Part shown: piece after piece, positions 9,189 to 16,718 of the stretch | Layout: each line of letters opens with the position of its first letter | Numbering within the stretch: the stretch's first letter is position 1 | Source: a virus | Lineage: Duplodnaviria; Caudoviricetes | IMG/VR virus record: IMGVR_UViG_2835052945_000005 | Coordinates: 343-64,342 of that record | Reading direction: 5' to 3' (one strand) | DNA: 64,000 nucleotides | Notes under the pieces: model-generated | Told to the model about the DNA's origin: nothing | What the model saw: the letters and a program-made list of their open reading frames with translations, nothing else | The model's database searches: none | Translations under genes and position numbers: made by a program

Positions 9189-10103
9189 TTAATCTCCTTT
9201 TACCCAATCCGGTACGGTGTCGCCCGGCTGATAGTCAGGCAGATTGAACTGCTGGCGCAGATCGCTAAACTGGAGTTGCAGGTCGTTAAGGATGCCGGTC
9301 ATTAAACCCATGTGATTGATGCCGGTGCGTTCTGTGTGTTCAGCCAGAGCGGTAAAACCGCTTCTCAGTTCAACCAGCGCGCCAACCACACCGTTTTTAA
9401 ACCCGGCGACCTCGGTTTCGAGCGCCTGGCCTTCGGTATCCGGGGTTTCGGTGGCTGAGCGGCGCGTCAGGCGGATCTTTAAATCGTCGGTCTGGTCTTT
9501 GAGAGCGTTGATTTCGTCTTTTTTCTCAGCCAGGGTTTGGCGGCTGATTTCCAGATCTGTTCTCAGGTCTTCTTTTTCTTTGGTGTGTTTGGCGATCATT
9601 TCTTCCGCCAGTTCCAGTAGCGCAGCCTTATCACCGTCTCTGGCGACCTCGATCAGCGCGGTTTTCTGGTCTTCGGGCAGGCGCCGAAACTGGCGCAGTT
9701 CGCGGTAGCCAATGCCCATGCGGGACATGGATTCGAGGGCTTCCTCGCCAAAGGCGCGAAGGTTGGCGATGTCTTGATTGGCCTTTTCATCGGAGACGCC
9801 GAGTAATTCGCAGAACTCTTGCCATGTACCTAAAAACTCCAAACCGTTTGGACTTTTTTTACCTTTGAGATTGCGGTACAGCTTGTTTTCTTTGACAAAT
9901 GCTAATTTGGAACTCCAAACCGTTTGGGAAAATTTGCCAAACGCTTCGGCCATCTGCGCCTGCCCCAGCAACTGGTTCAGCAGGTCACGTTCGTCATGCA
10001 TTTCACTGCTGATCGTGGCCATCAGGTTCTGCGTATTCTCCAGTTCCGGGTTTAACTGTGCGTCCGGGACTAATTCGGCGTGTTGGGTTTTGGTTCGTGC
10101 CAT
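9189..10103 (-). CDS. DUF3102-like DNA-binding protein with coiled-coil C-terminus
   Basis: KLAFVKENKLYRNL...GTWQEFCELLGVS...GIGYRELRQFRRLP; position upstream of transposase. Confidence 0.7.
   Translation of the reverse strand: MARTKTQHAELVPDAQLNPELENTQNLMATISSEMHDERDLLNQLLGQAQMAEAFGKFSQTVWSSKLAFVKENKLYRNLKGKKSPNGLEFLGTWQEFCELLGVSDEKANQDIANLRAFGEEALESMSRMGIGYRELRQFRRLPEDQKTALIEVARDGDKAALLELAEEMIAKHTKEKEDLRTDLEISRQTLAEKKDEINALKDQTDDLKIRLTRRSATETPDTEGQALETEVAGFKNGVVGALVELRSGFTALAEHTERTGINHMGLMTGILNDLQLQFSDLRQQFNLPDYQPGDTVPDWVKGD
9835..9927. repeat. Two exact 17-bp direct repeats AACTCCAAACCGTTTGG with palindromic 13-bp core
   Basis: Copies at 9835-9851 and 9911-9927; degenerate core CCAAACGCTTCGG at 9938-9950. 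Confidence 0.85.
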
Positions 10104-10115
10104 CGTTACTTATCC

Positions 10116-10421
10116 TTATCGGCTGCCAGCCAGAACGCGCTGGTTTAATTCATCAATACGACCCTGCGCGCGGGCGATTTCATTGCTGTGCGCTACCGCG
10201 ATCTGCAACACTTGAACGCTCAGAGCAAAGCGGCCGTTATCCAGTTTTTGCGCCAAACCTTCGTCAATCAGGGTATTCAGCGCCCGGTTGATATTGGCGG
10301 GTGATTCATTCAGGGATTTCGCCAGATCGCTGTTGGATACGCCGTTCAGCGTATGGCCACGCAGCGCCTTAAGCACGCGCAGGATGCGGCCACCAGAGCT
10401 GGATGTGTTGGGCTTGTTCAT
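10116..10421 (-). CDS. Winged-HTH (IclR/MarR-like) DNA-binding protein
   Basis: RILRVLKAL...SNSDLAKSLNESPANINRALNTLIDEGLAQK. Confidence 0.8.
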   Translation of the reverse strand: MNKPNTSSSGGRILRVLKALRGHTLNGVSNSDLAKSLNESPANINRALNTLIDEGLAQKLDNGRFALSVQVLQIAVAHSNEIARAQGRIDELNQRVLAGSR

Positions 10422-10660
10422 TAACGCGCCTCCATTGGATGCAGAAAGCGGGAAACCTCATAGTCGGAAAGATGCACAGGGCCGTTATCGTCAGGGCCGT
10501 TCAATCCGCCAAATACATCAACATTGATAACTGTCTGTCCCTTGCGGCCATATGCAGTAGGCATGCGACTGACTACCGTGGCGCTGAGTAGCTCAGTAGA
10601 TTTTCCCAATGTAGGCTGTAATAAAACGCGCATACCGGGTTTTAGAGCGCTAGGTTTCAT
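10421..10660 (-). CDS. Hypothetical protein
   Basis: 79 aa, stop/start overlaps on both sides. Confidence 0.65.
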   Translation of the reverse strand: MKPSALKPGMRVLLQPTLGKSTELLSATVVSRMPTAYGRKGQTVINVDVFGGLNGPDDNGPVHLSDYEVSRFLHPMEAR

Positions 10661-11139
10661 TGTTCAAGCTCCAGTTGAGGGTTGGCGTGGGCCTTCACGT
10701 TGCCGTGATGCCAGGCGACGCTCTGTAAATGGTTGGTCAACGCCTGTACGGTGTTGTCCTGCGTTGCCCGACCGGCGTAAAAATCGGTCAGCAGTTTCAT
10801 GGCATCGGCAAACGAACCATGCAGTTCGCTGACGTCCGTCGCCTGCAAGGCGCGACCGGTGGGGATGTCGATCAGCAATTTGCCGCCGCTGGCGGCGATC
10901 CAGCGGGTGACATAGTCGATACCGCAGGCGGCTTCATATGGGCGGATCAGGTTGGCGGGCATGCGGCCATTTTGCAGCCATTTGTATAACGTCCAGTGGT
11001 CGGACAATCCCATCAAATCGGCAACCTGTTCTACCGAACGGTTCAGGCGCGCGCGGGCATGGTCCTTGCACAGTTCCAGCGCGTTACGTAGGCCACTGGG
11101 CTGGATACGTTTCCAATTGCAGCGTGTGGTTGGAATCAT
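10657..11139 (-). CDS. Phage regulatory protein (CII-like HTH)
   Basis: RSVEQVADLMGLSDHWTLYKWLQNGRMP; start trimmed to ATG 11139. Confidence 0.7.
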   Translation of the reverse strand: MIPTTRCNWKRIQPSGLRNALELCKDHARARLNRSVEQVADLMGLSDHWTLYKWLQNGRMPANLIRPYEAACGIDYVTRWIAASGGKLLIDIPTGRALQATDVSELHGSFADAMKLLTDFYAGRATQDNTVQALTNHLQSVAWHHGNVKAHANPQLELEQ

Positions 11140-11194
11140 CGCTGTCGTCCCCTTAATAACTGGTTCCAAACAAAAACGTTTTGTGGGTCTGGTG

Positions 11195-11440
11195 CTAACC
11201 CGGTTGACCGCCTGACAATAGCGGCTCGTTGCCATCGCCGGGCCGTAAACCCAGCGCAATGGCGATACGCCGGTTTTTGCCGCGCAGACCGCGCTGTCTG
11301 CTGCCCTGTAGCAACTGCGCCACGGTTTCACGGGGTACGCCGTGCAGACGGGCAAACTCGCTTTGACTGATACCGTGGGCGATCAACCATTCCCGTGCCG
11401 ATGCCGGGGTTTGCGGATACGGAATGTAAATACGATTCAT
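11195..11440 (-). CDS. Ner-like DNA-binding protein (second paralogue)
   Basis: AREWLIAHGISQSEFARLHGV...GLRGKNRRIAIALGL; start ATG 11440. Confidence 0.75.
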   Translation of the reverse strand: MNRIYIPYPQTPASAREWLIAHGISQSEFARLHGVPRETVAQLLQGSRQRGLRGKNRRIAIALGLRPGDGNEPLLSGGQPG

Positions 11441-11445
11441 ATCTG

Positions 11446-11898
11446 CTACCCTTTGTGTGATTTTATGGAGGCCAACAACCATGCGCGAAAGCGAATTGGA
11501 ACTGCGGCGAGAAATCGCCGAATTGCGCGCCAAAATCGAGGTGGTCGACGACTGGGCGACCGGGATGCAGCGAGTGCTGGCCGATGTATTGCCGCCGCTG
11601 CTGCGCGGTCATCCGCAAATTGCCCAGATCCATCAGCGGTTGCAGGCCGCCGATCGGCGCTATGAAGTGTTGCAGGCTGACCCGTCAGCGGCAGAGCCGG
11701 GCGTTCGTGCCGGCCTGTATGAACCCGGTAGGGTGCTGTATCGCTTGTTTGGCATTTATGGCGTGTGGTCGGATGTTGATCCTGACGCAAGCACTGATAA
11801 ATCTTCCGGGCCTGATCGACCGTGAATAGCCGCTGGCCGTTGCAGCGGGTTGATTCCGTAATCAACGCGCGAATGAACTGCTCTTCGGTGGTGTTCAT
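11446..11898 (-). CDS. ORF whose first 30 residues resemble transposase residues 66-95
   Basis: 15/30 identities by manual alignment; ATGA overlap with ner-like stop; remainder is antisense to 11481-11825. Confidence 0.45.
   Translation of the reverse strand: MNTTEEQFIRALITESTRCNGQRLFTVDQARKIYQCLRQDQHPTTRHKCQTSDTAPYRVHTGRHERPALPLTGQPATLHSADRRPATADGSGQFADDRAAAAAIHRPALAASRSPSRRPPRFWRAIRRFLAAVPIRFRAWLLASIKSHKG
11481..11825 (+). CDS. Hypothetical protein on the strand opposite to the early operon
   Basis: 114 aa; RBS GGAGG 8 nt before ATG 11481; N-terminal coiled coil. Confidence 0.7.
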   Translation: MRESELELRREIAELRAKIEVVDDWATGMQRVLADVLPPLLRGHPQIAQIHQRLQAADRRYEVLQADPSAAEPGVRAGLYEPGRVLYRLFGIYGVWSDVDPDASTDKSSGPDRP

Positions 11899-12116
11899 GC
11901 GGCGATCACCCCGTCCTTGAGCCCCAGGGTCACGGCGATGCGGTGCGACTCTCCGAAGCGGCATTTATGCCGGGGTGAGACGTCGTCGTCGTTCAGGATG
12001 TTGTAAACCAGGTTGGCGTTAAAACCGTATTTGCGCGCCAGTTCTGAGGTTGCTATGCCCTGACGGGCCAGTTCGGATTTAACCTGGGCACGGGTTTTGA
12101 TGGTTCGTTTTGTCAT
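11895..12116 (-). CDS. Ner-like DNA-binding protein (BcepMu gp16 type), first early gene
   Basis: KTRAQVKSELARQGIATSELARKYG...CRFGESHRIAVTLGLKDG; divergent from repressor. Confidence 0.85.
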   Translation of the reverse strand: MTKRTIKTRAQVKSELARQGIATSELARKYGFNANLVYNILNDDDVSPRHKCRFGESHRIAVTLGLKDGVIAA

Positions 12117-12173
12117 GGCGTTTGCTCCACTGGCTGTGTACAAATTTGGCTGGTTGTTTAACTGTGTGATGTG

Positions 12174-12202
12174 ATTATGGGTACAATTGTACCCATTGTC
12201 AA
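12174..12202 (-). promoter_or_regulatory. Early promoter (TTGACA-N17-CATAAT) overlapped by a perfect 20-bp palindromic operator
   Basis: -35 at 12202-12197, -10 at 12179-12174 on minus strand; ATGGGTACAATTGTACCCAT at 12177-12196. Confidence 0.8.
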
Positions 12203-12210
12203 GGTGGGTT

Positions 12211-12552
12211 ATGGGTTCATTTGGTGACAGGTTAAAAGCAGAGCGAGAACGGCTTGGTATGAACCAGACGGATTTCGCAGAATTGGCGGGGACTACTAGG
12301 AAGTCTCAGTTTAATTACGAGTCAAATTTGAGGCGACCCGATGCTGACTACTTAGCTGCCGTAGCTGCTGCGGGAGTTGATGTTCTGTATGTATTAACAG
12401 GGCAACGGTCTATGCCTGTTGAATCACAGCTGTCTACTGAGCAGCAGCGGCTACTGGAGGCATTTAATACAATGACGCCGGAGCAGAAAAAAACAGTACT
12501 CGACGTTGGTCGGCTCCTTACCCAGCCCAAACCAGACGGTAAGGCCGGCTGA
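12211..12552 (+). CDS. Prophage repressor, XRE-family HTH
   Basis: FGDRLKAERERLGMNQTDFAELAGTTRKSQFNYESNLRRPDADYL; no S24 peptidase domain. Confidence 0.88.
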   Translation: MGSFGDRLKAERERLGMNQTDFAELAGTTRKSQFNYESNLRRPDADYLAAVAAAGVDVLYVLTGQRSMPVESQLSTEQQRLLEAFNTMTPEQKKTVLDVGRLLTQPKPDGKAG

Positions 12553-12782
12553 TGGTGAACAGCCCCGTATTCGGGGCTCTCCCAGTGCCAGGGGACCACC
12601 TTATTCGCAATACGATAACAACGATAACGTGTATGATTTTCAAGCATGTTTAGATAAACGAAAAAACAAACCTTCGCTTGATTCTTTTGATTAAACACAG
12701 CGGCAGTTTTGCTTCTGGGTAATTGGCAGGATGCCGCTATTAAACCAATAACCGTTGGTTTAATAATAAATAAGGGGTAAAT

Positions 12783-13094
12783 ATGAATTATTTTAGTACA
12801 GGAATGTTCTCTTTATTTCTCTTGATTCTCTCAGGCTGCGCTTCCAGTGGGCGTGATTTCAACGAATCAGCCATAACACAGTTACAGCCGGGCATTACCA
12901 CGCTAATGGATGCTACAGCGCTGCTTGGCTCTAAGCCGGTCCAGACTGTTAACCGCGCCGATGGGTACTCAGTTTCTTTCTGGCGTTATATTCAAGTGAA
13001 TGGAGTAGTTGCTACCACTCATCAGAAAGAAGTTGGGTTGGTTTTTGGCCCTGATGGTCATTATGTGCGAGTGTTCCATCAGGTAAGCCAATAA
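12783..13094 (+). CDS. Cargo lipoprotein, SmpA/BamE-like fold
   Basis: Lipobox LSGC; GRDFN...LQPGITT...ALLGSKP. Confidence 0.75.
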   Translation: MNYFSTGMFSLFLLILSGCASSGRDFNESAITQLQPGITTLMDATALLGSKPVQTVNRADGYSVSFWRYIQVNGVVATTHQKEVGLVFGPDGHYVRVFHQVSQ

Positions 13095-13178
13095 AAAATC
13101 AACCCCTTCGGGGCGTAATCAATAAAACCGATTAAAAATCGGGTTAATTTTTATTTCATTATATAGCAAGGAGCTAAT

Positions 13179-13559
13179 ATGCATTATTCCCGTCTGGGAT
13201 TACTCTCTTCAATATTTTTTCTCCTTACCGGATGTGCCACAAAACAGTATCCCATCGCCACGCCGATTCTGCCTGAAGAAGCCAGTGCAATGGGCTGCAA
13301 GGATCTCGACCGCGAGATCGCCCATGTGAAAAGTATTCAGTATCAAATTGAGAGAACGGGCGAGTTTAATGGCCGTACTGTGCTGGGCTTTTTAGGCGAT
13401 TTTGGTATCGGTAACGGCATTGCAAAATCTGATGCCCGTGACCGGGCACGCGATCGCGAGCGTCAGCTTTATTCGCTGAAAACCGAGAAATGCCGCGTTA
13501 TCTATTCAAATGGAGAGAATTATCCGGGTCCGAACGATAAACCTATCGGCACGGACTAA
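13179..13559 (+). CDS. Cargo lipoprotein of unknown function
   Basis: Lipobox LTGC; RBS AAGGAG; Gly-rich hydrophobic segment TVLGFLGDFGIGNGIA. Confidence 0.75.
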   Translation: MHYSRLGLLSSIFFLLTGCATKQYPIATPILPEEASAMGCKDLDREIAHVKSIQYQIERTGEFNGRTVLGFLGDFGIGNGIAKSDARDRARDRERQLYSLKTEKCRVIYSNGENYPGPNDKPIGTD

Positions 13560-14328
13560 AATTACCAATAATCAATTCCCGTTGCCGGGCATTCGCTCGA
13601 CCCGCTCCCTGTAGCGAATAGTGGATATCCACGCCCTCAAAGGGCAGCCCGGCAAAGACTTCTCGCATTTCCGGGATATCGTTCACTGAAATAATCATCC
13701 TCCCCTTTATCGTTTTCGCCAGATCCGCCAAAATCTGATAGTTTTCAAACTCGAACGCCACGCCGTAGCCTTCCGTCCCCCAGTATGGCGGATCGCAATA
13801 GAACAGCGTATGGGGCCGATCGTACTTCTCTACGCATCTATCCCAGGGCATATGTTCAATGCATGTTCGTGCCAGCCGCAAATGCGCCTGCGACAACTCC
13901 TCTTCAATGCGCAGCAGATTAAGACGTGGCGGACTGGTGGTCGCCGTGCCGAACGTCTGCCCCTCCAATTTTCCGCCGAATGACTGTTTTTGCAGATAAT
14001 AAAACCGCGCCGCTCGCTGAATATCCGTCAGCGTTTCAGTCGGCGTGATTTGCAGCCAGCGATACATCTCACGGCTAACCAGCGACCATTTAAACTGGCG
14101 GATAAACTCTTCCAGATGGTGCTGGATCACCCGGTACAAATTCACCAGTTCGCCATTGATATCGTTTAGCACTTCCGATTTTGCAGGGGATTTCATAAAA
14201 AACAGCGCCGCCGCGCCGCAGAACGGTTCGACGTAGCAGGTGTGTTCGGGGAATAGCGGCAATATTTGTTTGGCCAGCCTGCGTTTTCCGCCCAGCCAGG
14301 GAAAAAACGGGGTGTATGTCGATTTCAT
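13543..14328 (-). CDS. Dam-like (D12 class) N6-adenine DNA methyltransferase
   Basis: PWLGGKRRLA, YVEPFCG, NDINGELVNLY, DPPY. Confidence 0.92.
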   Translation of the reverse strand: MKSTYTPFFPWLGGKRRLAKQILPLFPEHTCYVEPFCGAAALFFMKSPAKSEVLNDINGELVNLYRVIQHHLEEFIRQFKWSLVSREMYRWLQITPTETLTDIQRAARFYYLQKQSFGGKLEGQTFGTATTSPPRLNLLRIEEELSQAHLRLARTCIEHMPWDRCVEKYDRPHTLFYCDPPYWGTEGYGVAFEFENYQILADLAKTIKGRMIISVNDIPEMREVFAGLPFEGVDIHYSLQGAGRANARQRELIIGNFSPCR

Positions 14329-14453
14329 CTACTGTAAGCCTTTTTCACATAGTGAAAATAAATTAAGCTGAATCTGTCTCGCGAGACGGACTGAGCCTCG
14401 GTTAGCTCACAGGTGTGTTCTGTGGGTTGACGGCCTGCCCGGTGTTGGCGCAC
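14325..14453 (-). CDS. Candidate 42-aa leader ORF translationally coupled to the methyltransferase
   Basis: GTG 14453 open to TGA 14327-14325, which overlaps the MTase ATG (ATGA). Confidence 0.4.
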   Translation of the reverse strand: MRQHRAGRQPTEHTCELTEAQSVSRDRFSLIYFHYVKKAYSR

Positions 14454-14471
14454 TGGGCGGGTCGCTCTTTT
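14431..14471 (+). terminator. 14-bp hairpin plus U-tract; candidate 3' end of a small RNA antisense to the MTase leader
   Basis: CGGCCTGCCCGGTG-TTGGCG-CACTGGGCGGGTCG then CTCTTTT; three G-U pairs form only on the plus strand. Confidence 0.65.
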
Positions 14472-14503
14472 CCCGCCCATTTTGATCGCAATCGCCACTC
14501 GGT

Positions 14504-14525
14504 TAATCTGCCCGAGGGCAAATTA
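14504..14525. promoter_or_regulatory. Palindromic late-activator site shared by divergent promoters (lysis operon and MTase)
   Basis: TAATCTGCCCGAGGGCAAATTA; -10-like CACAAT (plus, 14545-14550) and CAAAAT (minus, 14484-14479) at identical distance. Confidence 0.7.
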
Positions 14526-14594
14526 CATTCACCGCCCCGCATCCCACAATGGCCCCTGATCTATCGACTTATTTATCGTATCAGGGAGCTTCCC

Positions 14595-14951
14595 ATGTCC
14601 GTATTAACCAAAATTCAGCGCCAGCGACTGTTGGGCTGGCTGATTGCCGCCGTGGTATTGCTGATCGTTATCGCGTTGACATCGCCGCAGCAGTTAGGCA
14701 TCACCGTCTACAAACTCTCGCTGGTATCGCTGGCCGCCGTGCTGGGCTACCACCTCGACCGGGGATTATTTCCGTATGCCAGCCCCGGCAGTTACCTGCG
14801 CCACGACTGGAAAACCACTGCCGCCTATCAGGGGGAGGAACAGCCGGAGTTTCCCATTGTGCCAGGATTTGAACTGGTGTTCGCCGCCGTACTGCTGCGC
14901 CGGGCGGTGATTGTGCTGGCGGTGGTGCTGGGCGTGACGCTGGGGCTATGA
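14595..14951 (+). CDS. Putative holin
   Basis: 118 aa, three hydrophobic segments, directly before endolysin; RBS GGGAG. Confidence 0.8.
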   Translation: MSVLTKIQRQRLLGWLIAAVVLLIVIALTSPQQLGITVYKLSLVSLAAVLGYHLDRGLFPYASPGSYLRHDWKTTAAYQGEEQPEFPIVPGFELVFAAVLLRRAVIVLAVVLGVTLGL

Positions 14952-15580
14952 CGATGCGCCGGCTACTGTTGTTATCGCTGTTGCTCGCGTCCTGCCATGC
15001 CGTGCCGGTACAGGCGGATATTCCGCCCAATGCCGAACGCTATCAGCGAGAACTGACGCGCAACGCTCGCGTTATCTGGGGACTGGATGCGCCGGTGGCT
15101 ACCTTCGCCGGGCAGATCCATCAGGAGTCGCAGTGGAAAACCAACGCAAAATCGCCGGTCGGCGCGCAGGGACTGGCGCAGTTTATGCCCGCCACGTCAA
15201 AGTGGATTGCCGATATCTATCCCGCCGAACTGGGCGCCAACCAGCCGTACAACCCGTCATGGTCGCTGCGTGCGCTGGTGCAATACAACCAGTGGCACTG
15301 GCGGCGCATCACTGCTGCCGGCGATTGCGACCGCATGGCGTTTACGCTGTCGGCCTATAACGGCGGGCTGGGCTGGGTGCAGCGTGACCGCAAGCTGGCA
15401 GCGCAACGCGGTCTGGACAGTTCCCGCTACTGGGATCAGGTCGAGCGGGTCAACGCTGGCCGCTCCGGCGCCAATTTCCGCGAGAATCGCGGCTATCCCG
15501 ATCGCATTATTCACCGCTGGCAACCGCTGTATGTCGATGCCGGCTGGGGACTGGGGGTGTGCGATGAGCACCGTGATTAG
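14948..15580 (+). CDS. Endolysin, SLT-domain lytic transglycosylase with N-terminal signal/SAR segment
   Basis: GQIHQES, SPVGAQGLAQFMP, LSAYNGGLG. Confidence 0.9.
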   Translation: MTMRRLLLLSLLLASCHAVPVQADIPPNAERYQRELTRNARVIWGLDAPVATFAGQIHQESQWKTNAKSPVGAQGLAQFMPATSKWIADIYPAELGANQPYNPSWSLRALVQYNQWHWRRITAAGDCDRMAFTLSAYNGGLGWVQRDRKLAAQRGLDSSRYWDQVERVNAGRSGANFRENRGYPDRIIHRWQPLYVDAGWGLGVCDEHRD

Positions 15581-16007
15581 GGCTGTCTGGGGTGCGATTT
15601 GGCCGTACCTGCTGGCCACCGCAGTAGCGGTGGCGTGCTATCAACTCGGCAAGCGTGACGGGCGCACCGCCGTCAGTCTGGAAACTTCACAGGCGACCGC
15701 CATCGCGGCGGTCAAAACACTCACAGAATTCGCCGACGGCACCCGCGCGCTGATCGGCAGCGCCAACAAAGCCAGCGCACGCCTGGCGCAACAAATCAAC
15801 GCCCGCCAGGAGGCGGACGAACAATCAACGGAGGCCATCCGTGACACTCTCAAAAAAACCGCCGCTAATCGTGTTAACTGCGTGTTTGACGCTGACGTCA
15901 TGCGGCAACTCGCCGCCGCCCGTGAGCGTGCCGCAACCGCAGCAACCGCTGGTCTTACCGGCGCAACTGGCGGTGCCGTGCGAACGGCCGGTGGCGGCAG
16001 CCAGTAA
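15564..16007 (+). CDS. Inner-membrane spanin (Rz-like)
   Basis: N-terminal TM helix, Ala-rich helical body, nested lipoprotein ORF. Confidence 0.75.
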   Translation: MSTVIRAVWGAIWPYLLATAVAVACYQLGKRDGRTAVSLETSQATAIAAVKTLTEFADGTRALIGSANKASARLAQQINARQEADEQSTEAIRDTLKKTAANRVNCVFDADVMRQLAAARERAATAATAGLTGATGGAVRTAGGGSQ

Positions 16008-16125
16008 CGGCATGGATGACCTGGCGATCGCGCAAAAACAGTTATACGACCAGTACGGTATCTGTGCCGGACGGTTGTTTGAGGTTATCAAGTGTACCCA
16101 GGGAGGCAATTGTGGGGATAAATGA
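15841..16125 (+). CDS. Outer-membrane spanin lipoprotein (Rz1-like)
   Basis: Lipobox LTSC followed by Pro-rich segment; overlaps i-spanin in another frame. Confidence 0.75.
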   Translation: MTLSKKPPLIVLTACLTLTSCGNSPPPVSVPQPQQPLVLPAQLAVPCERPVAAASNGMDDLAIAQKQLYDQYGICAGRLFEVIKCTQGGNCGDK

Positions 16126-16414
16126 TCTGAGTTTTAACTGGCAGTTTCTGCAATGGGCGGTGATGGCTGTCGTCGGGGTTTATACCTGGCTGATAGGGCG
16201 TCAGTCCGCCAGTCAGAAGGAGTTGCTGGAGTTGCGTACGCGTATCACCACCCTGGAAGCGCAGGTCGCGCAGGTGCCGACACAGTCTCAAATCACCGAG
16301 CTAATCAGCAAGTTGAGCCACACCCAGGCGCAATTATTGGGCATGAGTGAGCAGATTGCCGCGATATCCCGACGCACTGAAACCATTAATGATTATTTGT
16401 TGCAGACTAAGTGA
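16112..16414 (+). CDS. DUF2730-like membrane/coiled-coil protein (Mu gp25 position)
   Basis: N-terminal TM, coiled coil, ends INDYLLQTK; GTG start. Confidence 0.7.
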   Translation: MGINDLSFNWQFLQWAVMAVVGVYTWLIGRQSASQKELLELRTRITTLEAQVAQVPTQSQITELISKLSHTQAQLLGMSEQIAAISRRTETINDYLLQTK

Positions 16415-16420
16415 GGCGCT

Positions 16421-16717
16421 ATGAAGTACCAGGATTTTCTGCGTGAGGACAGGCGGCTGGTCATTCTGCGCATTCTGTCTGAACTGCCGGGCTATCGCGC
16501 CAACAGTTCGCTGATCTACAGCGCGCTGGTGCAGTTCGGCCATTCGCCCAGCCGCGATCAGGTCAAATCGGAACTGCGCTGGCTGGAGGAACAGGGGCTG
16601 GTGTCCATTGAAGACGTCGGACCGGTATTGGTCGCCACCGAAACCGAGCGCGGCGCCGACGTCGCAGCTGGTCGGGCGACCGTTCCGGGAGTAAAACGCC
16701 CTGGCGCAGGGGGTTGA
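16421..16717 (+). CDS. Mu gp26-like winged-helix protein
   Basis: EDRRLVILRIL...SRDQVKSELRWLEEQGLV...GVKRP. Confidence 0.8.
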   Translation: MKYQDFLREDRRLVILRILSELPGYRANSSLIYSALVQFGHSPSRDQVKSELRWLEEQGLVSIEDVGPVLVATETERGADVAAGRATVPGVKRPGAGG

Positions 16718-16718
16718 T

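Noticed and set aside
12552-12653. 33-codon ORF overlapping the repressor stop, and nearby GATAAC/GATAAA repeats as a transposition enhancer
   Set aside because: Too short with no motif; GATAA hits in AT-rich DNA are expected by chance
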